DNA of 64,000 nt. Source: an uncultured Acidobacteriaceae bacterium. GTDB lineage: Bacteria > Acidobacteriota > Terriglobia > Terriglobales > Acidobacteriaceae. The notes below the pieces were generated by a model, which was not told the origin of the DNA, did no database searches, and was given only the letters and a program-made list of their open reading frames with translations. Numbering within the stretch: position 1 is the first letter of the stretch; each line of letters begins with the position of its first letter. A program made the position numbers and the translations under genes. Location of the stretch: NCBI GenBank assembly GCA_964248505.1, contig CAXTYQ010000007.1, positions 8,356 through 72,355 on the forward strand. Direction: 5' to 3'. This document shows, one piece after another, positions 48,770 to 58,812 of this stretch.

Positions 48770-49303
48770 ATGCGATCTCTCTCCAGGTTCTTCGCAGCTG
48801 TTTTCTTTTCCTCTGCCTGCGGCACCCTTCTGTACGCTTCCCCGTTGACGGACAACTTCGTCTTTCAAGGCGGCGGCGTCACAGCCACGTTCTCGCTTCC
48901 GGCGTCGCCCACACCGAGCGTCTTCGATCTCGATAACTTCTTTGAAATCCCAAACATCACCACCACCGCAGGCGGAGAAACCGTATCCGGCCCGGTCCAC
49001 TTCTTTGTCGACGCAGATGGTGGAGGCGCCTCCTGGACCAACGCAGACCTGTCTGGTCCACAGTTGTTCACCGGCACCACCGACTCGCCAACTTTTTCGC
49101 TCGGCTCCTTCGATCTGAGCGGAACCTATGATCTCGGCGACGGTTCAACCCCGATCAGCGGTACTTTGACCATCTCTCAGGGAATGCCCGTCAGCACAGC
49201 CATCCCCGAGCCGGGCTCATGGCTTCTGCTGGGCACCGGTGCGATAGCCTCTCTGGGATCGGTTCGGAGACGCATCTTCAGCGTCTCCCGCCTCAACACA
49301 TAA
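48770..49303 (+). CDS. PEP-CTERM sorting domain secreted protein
   Basis: Signal peptide; IPEPGSWLLLGTGAIASLGSVRRR. Confidence 0.9.
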   Translation: MRSLSRFFAAVFFSSACGTLLYASPLTDNFVFQGGGVTATFSLPASPTPSVFDLDNFFEIPNITTTAGGETVSGPVHFFVDADGGGASWTNADLSGPQLFTGTTDSPTFSLGSFDLSGTYDLGDGSTPISGTLTISQGMPVSTAIPEPGSWLLLGTGAIASLGSVRRRIFSVSRLNT

Positions 49304-49360
49304 ACACCGCTGGTCCGTGAACACGGCTGCGACTGCTGACAAAGTCGCGGCCGTGCCATG

Positions 49361-50314
49361 TCAGCGACCATGCGCTTCCAGATACTTCTCTGCTTCGAGC
49401 GCTGCCATGCAGCCTGAACCGGCAGCTGTGATGGCCTGCCTGTACCGCCGGTCTTTGATGTCGCCGCAAGCAAAGACGCCCGGGATAACCTCACCGTTGC
49501 GTGTCGTGTAGACATCGTCCCGCGTCAGAATATAACCATCCTCGTCTAGATCCAGAAGGCCGGTAAACGCGCGCGCGTTGGGAATGTGGCCGATGCCCAA
49601 AAACATAAACGACACCGGCAGCGTGCTGTGCTCTCCGGTAACGACGTTCTTGAGCCGCAGCCCCTTGACGTCTTTTTCTTCAACGCCAAGCACCTCCTCA
49701 ACCGTTGTGCTGGGAAGAAATCGGATCTTCTCGTTTTCCTGAGCGCGCCCCAGCATAATCGGTGACGCACGAAAGCGGTCCGTACGATTGATAAGCGTTA
49801 CCTTCGACGCGAAGCGCGTCAGAAATAGCGCCTCCTCCATCGCGCTGTCGCCGCCGCCGATGACAGCAATCTCTTTGCCCGACGCAAAAAATCCATCGCA
49901 GGTCGCGCAAGACGAGACACCGTGGCCGATCAGGGCCTGTTCCGATGGCAGATTCAGCCAGCGAGCGCTTGCTCCCGAAGCGATAATCAGCGTTCGGGTG
50001 TGGACGATCTCAGACCCAAACTGAAGCTCGATCGGGCGCTCCGAAAGATTGATCCGGTCAAGATGCCCCATGCGGAGCTCCGCGCCAAAACGAGTCGCCT
50101 GCTTCTTCATGTTCTCGATCAGCTCCGGGCCCTGGATGCCGTCAGGCCAGCCCGGAAAATTCTCGACCAGCGTCGTAATCGAGAGCTGGCCGCCCGGCTC
50201 GTGCCCCTCCAACACGAGCGGCCTCAGGTTCGATCGCGCAGCGTAGATGGCCGCGGTTAGGCCGGAGCAGCCGGAACCTAGAATAACTGTATCGCGCGTC
50301 ATAACTTCGGGCAT
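49361..50314 (-). CDS. trxB: thioredoxin reductase
   Basis: GGQL..T..VENFPG, CATCDG, GGGDSAMEE, RQAITAAG.GC.AA. Confidence 0.96.
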   Translation of the reverse strand: MPEVMTRDTVILGSGCSGLTAAIYAARSNLRPLVLEGHEPGGQLSITTLVENFPGWPDGIQGPELIENMKKQATRFGAELRMGHLDRINLSERPIELQFGSEIVHTRTLIIASGASARWLNLPSEQALIGHGVSSCATCDGFFASGKEIAVIGGGDSAMEEALFLTRFASKVTLINRTDRFRASPIMLGRAQENEKIRFLPSTTVEEVLGVEEKDVKGLRLKNVVTGEHSTLPVSFMFLGIGHIPNARAFTGLLDLDEDGYILTRDDVYTTRNGEVIPGVFACGDIKDRRYRQAITAAGSGCMAALEAEKYLEAHGR

Positions 50315-50416
50315 TCTTGGGATCTCTAAAATGGGGAATAGGTGGTGCGTGTAGGTGTTTCTTGAAAGCCTGAAGGGCAGAGTTAGCCCCTGCCGGCTGC
50401 TAGGACCAATGCCCGT

Positions 50417-50617
50417 CTAAATCTCCGGGTAAAAGTCAAAAAACGCATCGAGACTTAGCTTGAGCTGCGCTTCAATCTGCTCGCGGCTGCCCTCAAGAAC
50501 ATGCATGGTCACGCGCGCTTCATTGCCGTTCTTGAGCGTCAGCGGCGCGTCCCGCACCTCGGCGACCTCGTCGGCTGGAAGCAGCCGCATGCCGTAGACC
50601 AATGTCAGATTTGCCAT
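50417..50617 (-). CDS. small hypothetical protein (66 aa)
   Basis: ATG ORF co-oriented upstream of trxB, protein-like composition, aromatic C-terminus DAFFDFYPEI. Confidence 0.65.
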   Translation of the reverse strand: MANLTLVYGMRLLPADEVAEVRDAPLTLKNGNEARVTMHVLEGSREQIEAQLKLSLDAFFDFYPEI

Positions 50618-50784
50618 GGATCTATTCTTTCACTGATTTTGCGCGACCGACCTCCCCGACCGTATGCAGGTCAAGCAAAACCGTGCTCGAGCGAAGCATT
50701 GTGGTCAGAACTGTCTCAAAATCGGACACAGGTGAAGATTTAGCGAAATCTGACGAAATAGGAGGTAGAAGCGGAGGTCGGGCA

Positions 50785-51558
50785 ATGACTTGGCGTGTGA
50801 TCTTGCTTGGGGCACTACGAGCGTGGCTGCTTTGTGCATCCTGGATGGGCTTTGCTCAGGGAACCGTCACAGGCCAGCCAGCCCTGTCGGTTGAGGATTC
50901 TCTCCGTACTATGTCCGCGCAGGCCGGCGTCATCTTCGTCGGCACAGTGCTGCGAGTCACGCACAAGGGCGGTGGCGATGGTGCTTCGGCCGGTGTGGTC
51001 GAGGTCGACTTCGAGGTCAATCAGGCCGTGCGCGGGTGCACCTCCGGCTCGGTGTACACGTTGCGGGAGTGGGGCGGCCTATGGGCGCCAAACCAGTTCC
51101 GGTATCAGGTCGGTGAGACAAAGTTGATGCTGCTCCACGCTCCCGGAGCGTCCGGGATGAGTTCTCCCGTAAGCGGTATGGATGGAGCCATTCCAGTACG
51201 CGGAAACGTCGGTTCAGCCATTGAGAACGGGAGCACACCGACTTCTGAGCCGATCGTCGATCTACGCTGGGTCGCCGCAAAGGTCGGCCGCCCTTCGGTC
51301 TACGCGACGGTACAGCCCGGCCAGCATCTGCCGAACACTATCGCCAACGGCGGGCGCGAACAGACAGGGGCCGCCGAAGCGGCAAGCCCGAGAAGCATGG
51401 GCAGCGTGAGCGGCGCGAGGAGCATGGCAATTCACTCAACGGCAGACACAGACGCCACCGGCATCGCTTCCGTCTCGGTCGACACACAGCAAGCTTCCGT
51501 CTCAACCGTTCTTCATCTGATGGCGTCCTGGCAGGAGGGAACCAATGCATCGCGATAA
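50785..51558 (+). CDS. exported protein with putative TIMP-like OB-fold domain
   Basis: GGAGG SD, signal peptide, AGVIFVGTV...VDFEV..VRG...VGE..LMLL; overlaps next gene by 14 nt. Confidence 0.65.
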   Translation: MTWRVILLGALRAWLLCASWMGFAQGTVTGQPALSVEDSLRTMSAQAGVIFVGTVLRVTHKGGGDGASAGVVEVDFEVNQAVRGCTSGSVYTLREWGGLWAPNQFRYQVGETKLMLLHAPGASGMSSPVSGMDGAIPVRGNVGSAIENGSTPTSEPIVDLRWVAAKVGRPSVYATVQPGQHLPNTIANGGREQTGAAEAASPRSMGSVSGARSMAIHSTADTDATGIASVSVDTQQASVSTVLHLMASWQEGTNASR

Positions 51559-54500
51559 TCGCTCTCTGGCAGCAACTTCAGCCTTCACTCGGAGCGCATT
51601 CGTGGCGGCCGCGATCGTCATCGTCCTCCTTCTGTGTGGTTCACAGGCCCAGGCCGGCGGCCCACGTTGGGTAAGCGGCCCCCCCTACTTCAACCCAACC
51701 GGGCTTTCCATCGTCTGGTACACCAACCAGCTCCAATACTTCACCGATCCCGGCGATCTCAGCTCCAGCGTGAACCACCAAGCCGCGGATGCTCTGGTCG
51801 CCCGTGCCGCAGCGGTCTGGAACGTCCCCCAGAGCTCGCTTGTCCTCAACCAGGGCGGCTCGCTCAACGAGCACGTGAGCGCGCGAAACTCCACCATGGG
51901 CCCGAACGGTCCGGTTCTACCGACGGACGTGCAGCTCGCGAATTACCAGGCCGTCCCGCTCGCCGTCATCTACGACACCGATGGCTCGATCATCGATCTC
52001 CTGCTCGGGCAGGGGGGCAGCGATCCCTCCGGCTGCCTGCAGAACGGTGTTGTCGAGAGCGTCGACTCCTTCTCTCCCGGATCAAAGATCCTCCATGCGT
52101 TGCTCATCCTGAACGGACGCTGCACCGGTCCAGCTCCAGAGCTCCAGCTGCAGATGCAGTATCAACTGATGCGCGCCTTCGGTCGCGTCCTTGGACTCAG
52201 CTGGTCGCAGGTAAACGACAACGTCTTTACCAAAACGCCGACCCCGACCAACGACCAGTTCCTGAACTGGCCCATCATGCACCCGATCGACATCCTCTGT
52301 GGTCCGTACACCTACCAATGCCTCCCTCAGCCGTTCACGCTGCGCCCGGACGACATCTCGGCTCTCAGCCAGCTCTATAACAACGCAACCGGAGCTCCCG
52401 TCGGTCCCGGCAAACAGAGCACGTTGGCCCAGGCAGGAGCGATCTGGGGCGTCGTCAACTTCCCTGACGGCACCGGCATGGAAGGCGTCAACGTGACGGT
52501 GCGCCGGATGGAAAAGTTCTACAACGTCCCCGAGGCCTGGCAGACCGCATCCTCGGTCACCGGCTTTGCCTGGCGCAGCAAAGGCTGGACCCCAATCGCC
52601 GGCCAGGACAGCTCACCTCTCGGTAGCGTCGGCGCCTTCGAGTGGCGCGAAGGTTACTTTCGCATTCAGGCGATCCCTCTTCCAACCTTTGAGGACTGGC
52701 AAAGCCTTATCATCACCACCGAACCCGTCAATCCGCTCTACACCGGAACGTATTCGGTCGCGGCGTACTCCGGCACAACGATCGCGCCGGCCGGCTCCCC
52801 CGTCACGCAGGAGGTTTACATCGCTCCAGCGTACAGCGACACCTACGTGCCCTTTACAGCAACAGATGCTCCAGGAACCTGCACCAGCGCCACGGACGGA
52901 ACAGAAGGCGCGCCGCAAACTGTAGCTCCGAGCGGCCTCTGGACAGGGACCCTGTGCGAGTTCGGCCATACCGCCTGGTCAAGCATCACCGTGAAAGCGA
53001 ACCGCACCTTCACCCTCGAAGTCACTGCAAAAGACGCACAGGGCAGCGCAACTATGACGAAGATGATGCCCATCCTCGGTGTCTGGCAGGCGAGTGACGC
53101 GCCGGGGCAGCTTCCCACGGTCGCCTCGCAGGTCGCGGCTTTCAATACTGTCGTCGGTACGACCGCTCTCCGCGTGGCAAGCACCGCCTATAAGACCTTC
53201 CGATTCGCGGTCTCAGACCAGCGCGGAGGCGGCCGAAAGGATTACGCCTACGCCGGTCGCCTCTTGTACGCAGACTCGGTCTCGCCCATCAACGTCCCAG
53301 CTTCCGGAGGTGTGGTCACGATCTCCGGAATGGGCTTCCAGCAGGGAAGCACTGTAACTGTCGCCGGCCATGCCGCAACCGTGAACAGCACGACGGCCAA
53401 CAGCCTGGTCGTGTCCGTCCCAACGCTACAGACTATCGGCCGCGGTCAAGGTTTCTGGGCAGACATCACCGTGCGTGATCCCGCGACCGGTGCGACGACC
53501 ACAATGACCCAGGCGATCAGCTACGGTTCAGCAACCGACTCGCTCTCGCTTGTAAGCGCGCCGGCAGCGAAGGTCCAGACCGGTCTGAGCTCGGCAACCT
53601 CCTTTGCGGTTCGCGCCATCGCTCCCGATGCGGTCACTCCCATCGCAGGAGAATCGGTCGTCTTCTCGGCTGTGGGCGGTGCAGTCACCTTCGGCTGTGG
53701 ATCCTCCTCCTGTGCCGTACTCACAGACGCATCCGGTAAAGCAACAACCACCGTGACTCCGACGACGGCGGGGACAGTTACGCTTTCAGCATCCGGCCGA
53801 AGCGGCACGGTAACGTCCACGTTCGTTGCTGCAACACTGCCGGACCAAGTCCAGGCAACCAGCGCGCCTTCGGGCCTCCTTACGGTCGGCGTAGTCGCCT
53901 CACAAGTATTTGCCGTGACGATCACCGCAGGCGATGGCGTCACCCCCCGACCGGGCAGGATTGTAGCCTTCTCCTCTGCGCAAGGAACGGCAAACTTCGG
54001 CGCATGCGGCGGAACCTCCTGCACCGTCACGACGGATGCGTCGGGAGTTGCAAAGACAACCGTAACCCCTCTCGCCCCAGGATCTCTGACCCTGATTGCG
54101 TCCTCGAGCGCTGGTACAGTGGACGTGCCGGCCACCTCCGCGGCGCAGACGATCCGGCTTCTGAGCGCGCCGGCAACGGCAGCACCGGTCGGCGTTCCCA
54201 CATCGGCGAGCTTCGCCGTGAAGGTGCTCGGTCCGGATGGAACCACTCCCGTAGCCGGTGAGTCCGTCGCCTTTACTGCCAACGGAGGAGGTGTGCAGTT
54301 CGGTGCTTGTGGGCAAGCCACCTGCACCGTAATCACGGACGCAACTGGGACCGCCTCAACCCCTGTGCTGCCGACTGCAAGTGGAACGATCACCTTGACC
54401 GCGGCAAGCATCGCAGGCTCCGTCACCGCGAGTTTTGCGGCAGAGACCCACGTCCGATCAGTAACTGCCACGACACCCGCCGTTTACGTAGCCGCGGGAG

Positions 54501-55093
54501 CAAATGTCAGCTGGGTCTCCCAAGTCAACCTCTCGGACAACGTCGGAGCCGTAGCAAACGTTCCGCTGCAATGGCTGGCGCAAGGCAATGTCCAGCTTTC
54601 GGCGACCCAGTCAGTTAGCAACACGCAAGGTTCCGCGCAGATCTTAATAACTTCCCAGGCGCTCTCAGCCGGAGCTCAGGCGACGGTTACAGCCTGCGCC
54701 TGGAGTCTCGTGTGCGCGAAGATCGCCGTTCAAGGCGTAAGCCCAACGGACTGGCAAATCCTTCCAATAAGTGGAGCGACCCAGTCACTCAGCGCAGGGC
54801 AGGCCTTCGGTGCGGTTGTCCTTCAGGTGACTGACACCGCCGGACATCCAGTGGCGGGCGCGACCGTCAGGGTCTTCCAGACGAATGAGGGTTGGGCAGC
54901 ACCCTGCGTCAGTCTCGGGTCCTGCCCCTCGGTGCCCGTGTATGGAACTAGCGACATAGAAGTTAACTCCGATGCGAACGGACTGCTCTCGGTCACTCCA
55001 CTTGACACCCCTGTCGGAGCAGAAATCACCAAAATCGCCATCACCGCCGGCACCCGCAGTCTCTCGGAAGTCACTCTGGAAAAACATCCATAA
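51545..55093 (+). CDS. large exported protein: degenerate metzincin-like domain, IPT/TIG domain, tandem Big-like repeats
   Basis: Signal peptide; RAFGRVLGLSW/PIMHP/LRPDDISALSQLY; VSP..VPASGG.VTISG.GF; three ~100-aa repeats. Confidence 0.8.
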   Translation: MHRDNRSLAATSAFTRSAFVAAAIVIVLLLCGSQAQAGGPRWVSGPPYFNPTGLSIVWYTNQLQYFTDPGDLSSSVNHQAADALVARAAAVWNVPQSSLVLNQGGSLNEHVSARNSTMGPNGPVLPTDVQLANYQAVPLAVIYDTDGSIIDLLLGQGGSDPSGCLQNGVVESVDSFSPGSKILHALLILNGRCTGPAPELQLQMQYQLMRAFGRVLGLSWSQVNDNVFTKTPTPTNDQFLNWPIMHPIDILCGPYTYQCLPQPFTLRPDDISALSQLYNNATGAPVGPGKQSTLAQAGAIWGVVNFPDGTGMEGVNVTVRRMEKFYNVPEAWQTASSVTGFAWRSKGWTPIAGQDSSPLGSVGAFEWREGYFRIQAIPLPTFEDWQSLIITTEPVNPLYTGTYSVAAYSGTTIAPAGSPVTQEVYIAPAYSDTYVPFTATDAPGTCTSATDGTEGAPQTVAPSGLWTGTLCEFGHTAWSSITVKANRTFTLEVTAKDAQGSATMTKMMPILGVWQASDAPGQLPTVASQVAAFNTVVGTTALRVASTAYKTFRFAVSDQRGGGRKDYAYAGRLLYADSVSPINVPASGGVVTISGMGFQQGSTVTVAGHAATVNSTTANSLVVSVPTLQTIGRGQGFWADITVRDPATGATTTMTQAISYGSATDSLSLVSAPAAKVQTGLSSATSFAVRAIAPDAVTPIAGESVVFSAVGGAVTFGCGSSSCAVLTDASGKATTTVTPTTAGTVTLSASGRSGTVTSTFVAATLPDQVQATSAPSGLLTVGVVASQVFAVTITAGDGVTPRPGRIVAFSSAQGTANFGACGGTSCTVTTDASGVAKTTVTPLAPGSLTLIASSSAGTVDVPATSAAQTIRLLSAPATAAPVGVPTSASFAVKVLGPDGTTPVAGESVAFTANGGGVQFGACGQATCTVITDATGTASTPVLPTASGTITLTAASIAGSVTASFAAETHVRSVTATTPAVYVAAGANVSWVSQVNLSDNVGAVANVPLQWLAQGNVQLSATQSVSNTQGSAQILITSQALSAGAQATVTACAWSLVCAKIAVQGVSPTDWQILPISGATQSLSAGQAFGAVVLQVTDTAGHPVAGATVRVFQTNEGWAAPCVSLGSCPSVPVYGTSDIEVNSDANGLLSVTPLDTPVGAEITKIAITAGTRSLSEVTLEKHP
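53540..54440 (+). repeat. three ~300-bp intragenic Ig-like repeats
   Basis: Each unit: SAP...FAV...D..TP..G..V.F...FG(A)CG..C.V.TDA.G.A...V.P...G..TL.A; boundaries approximate. Confidence 0.8.
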
Positions 55094-55194
55094 GGAGGAA
55101 AGCTCAGATGGGACGTCGCAGCAACGTCGGCAAGTAACCATCAGAAGCGGTCAGCCCGGCATCTATAGTATTTGGACAGAAAGAGGGAGTCTTG

Positions 55195-56580
55195 ATGGCA
55201 GCAGCCAAGCCGGTTCTCGGGACATCCCGGAAACGTGTCGTCATTCTAGGCGGTGGATTCGCAGGGCTAAATGCAGCCTTGGGGCTTGCTGACCTGCCAG
55301 TCGCGGTTACCCTGGTGGACCGCAAAAATCATCACACGTTCCAACCCCTGCTGTACCAGGTGGCTCTCGCTGTCCTGTCTCCCGCAGAAATTGCGCAGCC
55401 AATCCGTTCCATACTTCGGGACAAGAAAAACGTCGAAGTTGTCATGGATGAGGCGGTCAGCTTCGACACCGGTGAAAGACACGTTTCTCTCAAGTCCGGC
55501 GCCTTACTCGAGTACGACTACCTCATCGTTGCTACCGGGTCGACTCACTCCTACTTCGGCAAGGATGAATGGGCAAAGCTGGCTCCAGGCCTGAAAACCG
55601 TCGAGGATGCTATCGAGATTCGCCGGAGAGTTTTACTGGCCTTTGAACTCGCCGAACGACAGATGCTCGAGGCCGGAACACATCCCGCATTAAACTTCGT
55701 CATCATTGGCGGAGGTCCCACCGGGATCGAACTTGCCGGTGCTATCTCCGACATCGCCAAACTCTACATGGCGAAAGACTTCAGGCATATCAAACCTTCG
55801 AACGCGGAGGTTTTGGTACTCGAGGGCTCGCCGAAGATACTCGGTGTTTATCCAGAAGACCTGCAGAAAAAGGCAACTGAGCAGCTTGCGCACCTAGGCG
55901 TGAAAGTCAGGACCGGCGCCCACGTCACGGATATTCAACCGGGTTACGTGATGGTCGGCAATGAGCGCATTGATTCCCTGGTCACCTTGTGGGCAGCAGG
56001 CGTACAAGCTTCGCCCTTGGGTAAACTCCTGGGCGCCGAGACGGACAAAAAAGGTTGCGTCCTGGTCGATGAGCATCTAAACCCGAAAGGGCATCCGGAG
56101 ATCTTCATCTGCGGCGATCTGGCCCATATCGAACAAGCTGGAAAACAGGTACCAGGAGTAGCCCAACCCGCAATGCAAATGGGCGACTTCGCAGCAAAGC
56201 GCATCCAGATGCTGATCGACGCCGAACATGGCGTCGCTTCGAAAGTCAAAAACACCCAACGTTTTCACTACCTCGACAAGGGGGACATGGCGACAATCGG
56301 CCGAAAGGCAGCAGTGGCCAATATCGTCTGGCCCTTCAAGGCGCACTGGAGTGGCTTCCCCGCGTGGGTCACCTGGTTGGTCGTTCACATCTTCTTTCTA
56401 ATCGGATTTCGAAACCGACTCTCCGTGTTTCGGCAATGGGCCTACACGTACATCTTTTTCAACGACGGAGCTCGTCTGATTACCGGCTCTCAAGAACTCC
56501 CGGGATGGAATGTCACAGACGGCCGCTACGGCGAGTTGACGACCCGCCCACTCGATCTAGCTTCACCAGTGAGCCGCTAA
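55195..56580 (+). CDS. ndh: type II NADH dehydrogenase family FAD oxidoreductase
   Basis: GGGFAG, FQPLLYQVA, GGGPTGIELAG, WAAGV, DKGDMATIGR. Confidence 0.9.
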   Translation: MAAAKPVLGTSRKRVVILGGGFAGLNAALGLADLPVAVTLVDRKNHHTFQPLLYQVALAVLSPAEIAQPIRSILRDKKNVEVVMDEAVSFDTGERHVSLKSGALLEYDYLIVATGSTHSYFGKDEWAKLAPGLKTVEDAIEIRRRVLLAFELAERQMLEAGTHPALNFVIIGGGPTGIELAGAISDIAKLYMAKDFRHIKPSNAEVLVLEGSPKILGVYPEDLQKKATEQLAHLGVKVRTGAHVTDIQPGYVMVGNERIDSLVTLWAAGVQASPLGKLLGAETDKKGCVLVDEHLNPKGHPEIFICGDLAHIEQAGKQVPGVAQPAMQMGDFAAKRIQMLIDAEHGVASKVKNTQRFHYLDKGDMATIGRKAAVANIVWPFKAHWSGFPAWVTWLVVHIFFLIGFRNRLSVFRQWAYTYIFFNDGARLITGSQELPGWNVTDGRYGELTTRPLDLASPVSR

Positions 56581-56771
56581 ATCTTAGCAACTGAATCATC
56601 GACAGGTACATCCTCTCAAAGCAGAGGAACTGGTTGATCGCCGAACTGGCCCTGATCTCGTAGCAGATTTCGTCTCTCGATCCTTCTGGCCATACTCTGA
56701 AACAAGCAAAGAGCTCCAAATAACTACATTGCGTGGTACTAGCCGTTTCCGGAACCCTAAAGGAGAAAAAG

Positions 56772-57791
56772 ATGCAGATCGGCATGGTAGGTCTAGGCAG
56801 GATGGGCGCCAACATGGTGCGGCGCCTGATGAAAGATGGTCATGACTGTGTCGTTTACGATCACAGTCAGGATGCGGTCGCCGCCCTGGCCAAGGAAGGC
56901 GCCACCCCGAGCAGCTCCCTTGCCGATATGACAAGCAAGCTGAAAACCCCACGGGCTGTCTGGCTCATGGTGCCGGCAGGAGCAGTGGATGGAACCGTCG
57001 AGGAGCTCGAAGGCTCGCTTCAGGCCGGCGACATCTTGATAGACGGCGGTAACTCGTACTATGTCGACGACATCCGCCGATCCAAAGAGGTCGCAAAAGC
57101 CGGGTTAAAGTGGGTTGACGTCGGTACCAGCGGCGGTGTCTTCGGCCTGGAACGCGGATACTGCCTCATGATTGGTGCCGAACCAGAGACATTTCAGCTG
57201 CTCGATCCCATATTCAAGACCTTGGCGCCCGGCCGCGGCTCTATCGACCGAACCCCGGGCCGTGACAAAGCTCCCGCTTCTACCGCCGAGGATGGTTATC
57301 TCCACTGCGGTCCGGCCGGCTCAGGCCACTTTGTCAAGATGGTCCACAACGGCATCGAGTACGGCATCATGGCCGCCTACGCCGAAGGTCTGAACATCCT
57401 GAAACACGCCAACGTCGGCAACACAAAGGAAACCTTCGACGCCGAAACCGCGCCCATGCGTGAGCCGGATCACTACAAGTACGACCTGCCAATTCCGGAT
57501 GTGGCCGAAGTCTGGCGACGTGGCAGCGTCATCGCATCCTGGCTTCTCGACCTCACTGCGGCAGCCTTGACCGAATCTCCCGACCTGGCAGACTACAGCG
57601 GTCGCGTGTCGGATTCAGGCGAAGGGCGTTGGACAACCATCGCAGCCATCGACGAGGGCGTGCCGGCCGATGTGCTGAGCGCCGCCCTCTTCGCCCGCTT
57701 CACCTCGCAGAACAACGCCGTCTTCTCCAACAAGCTGCTCTCGGCCATGCGCTTCCAGTTCGGCGGCCATAAGGAGAAAAAGGAAAGCTGA
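56772..57791 (+). CDS. gnd: 6-phosphogluconate dehydrogenase, decarboxylating (short type)
   Basis: [44 protein letters not shown]. Confidence 0.95.
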   Translation: MQIGMVGLGRMGANMVRRLMKDGHDCVVYDHSQDAVAALAKEGATPSSSLADMTSKLKTPRAVWLMVPAGAVDGTVEELEGSLQAGDILIDGGNSYYVDDIRRSKEVAKAGLKWVDVGTSGGVFGLERGYCLMIGAEPETFQLLDPIFKTLAPGRGSIDRTPGRDKAPASTAEDGYLHCGPAGSGHFVKMVHNGIEYGIMAAYAEGLNILKHANVGNTKETFDAETAPMREPDHYKYDLPIPDVAEVWRRGSVIASWLLDLTAAALTESPDLADYSGRVSDSGEGRWTTIAAIDEGVPADVLSAALFARFTSQNNAVFSNKLLSAMRFQFGGHKEKKES

Positions 57792-57809
57792 CATCCCGGT
57801 CGGAGACGG

Positions 57810-57846
57810 TCGAAGATGACCCGCTCGTCCAGGGGGTCATCTTCGA
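57810..57846. terminator. hairpin between convergent gnd and small membrane protein gene
   Basis: 13-bp stem tcgaagatgaccc/gggtcatcttcga; no clear U-tract. Confidence 0.55.
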
Positions 57847-57910
57847 TCGTCACGCCGACTCCAGTACGCCAGAACACCAAGTAACCCAGCTGTGCCTAAA
57901 ACAAATCCGG

Positions 57911-58057
57911 CTAAAACACATGTAACAACAGAAGCAGAATCAAAATCAGCAGGATCAAGCTGATCCCGCCGCCGCCATAATACCCAAGGCCGGGTCCCAT
58001 CCGGTATCCACCAAATCCAAACACCAAAACCAACACCAGCAGAATCAGCAGCAACAT
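57911..58057 (-). CDS. small two-TM protein (DUF3309-like)
   Basis: 48 aa; hydrophobic-GYYGGGGIS-hydrophobic; GGAG SD. Confidence 0.8.
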   Translation of the reverse strand: MLLLILLVLVLVFGFGGYRMGPGLGYYGGGGISLILLILILLLLLHVF

Positions 58058-58222
58058 AGCCTTCTCCGTTCCAAGTAGATTCGTCCGCGCCAGAGATCGT
58101 CGCATGACGTCTGCAGACGGTATACATGAAAGCAGCTACTTCCCGCACAGAATTCACCCCGCACTGCAACTTCACCTCGCTCATCCTTGCCCCACACCGT
58201 ATCCCCGTCTAAGCTGTTCACT

Positions 58223-58729
58223 ATGTATGAAGACTTCACCGTAACCGACAGCTGGACCGGCGATCCGCTCCACTGCACCTGGCGTGCCACGATGGTCGCC
58301 ATCGCCACACGCCACGCGGACGCCACCGATCTTCGCTTCGCCGTCAACGGTCGCCCTCTCTGGATCAGCCTCCCCAACCTCGCCTGGGTCGAGCACAAAC
58401 GTCGCACCGGCTATGTCATCACGGACTACCTAGCCGCGCAGATCGCCGGCCGCTACCTCAAACATGCCATCGAGTCCGGCTACGATAATGGCCGCGAGAT
58501 GTATACCATGACCGTCTCCGAAGTTCTCGAGCACGCCGACGCCGTCGTCCGGGAAGCCGGATCCACCGACAAGCTTCCCACGCTTCCGGTCATCAACGAC
58601 AACATCAAGCCTGAAACCTACCTTGGCGCTCTTCCCGCGGACCCCGGTAGCGGTGTCTACGCCGGCGCACCCACCGCCAATCGGAACGAAGCGGAAAAAG
58701 TCCCAAGCGGGAACAACGACTCACGTTAG
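58223..58729 (+). CDS. hypothetical protein
   Basis: 168 aa, GC3-biased codons; no recognised motif. Confidence 0.7.
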   Translation: MYEDFTVTDSWTGDPLHCTWRATMVAIATRHADATDLRFAVNGRPLWISLPNLAWVEHKRRTGYVITDYLAAQIAGRYLKHAIESGYDNGREMYTMTVSEVLEHADAVVREAGSTDKLPTLPVINDNIKPETYLGALPADPGSGVYAGAPTANRNEAEKVPSGNNDSR

Positions 58730-58812
58730 CAAGCAATATAAGGCCCGGCAAGCAGACCCAAACCATCAAGGTTTGAAGACCACGCTCCGAACCGCATCCA
58801 AACCACGGAGAT

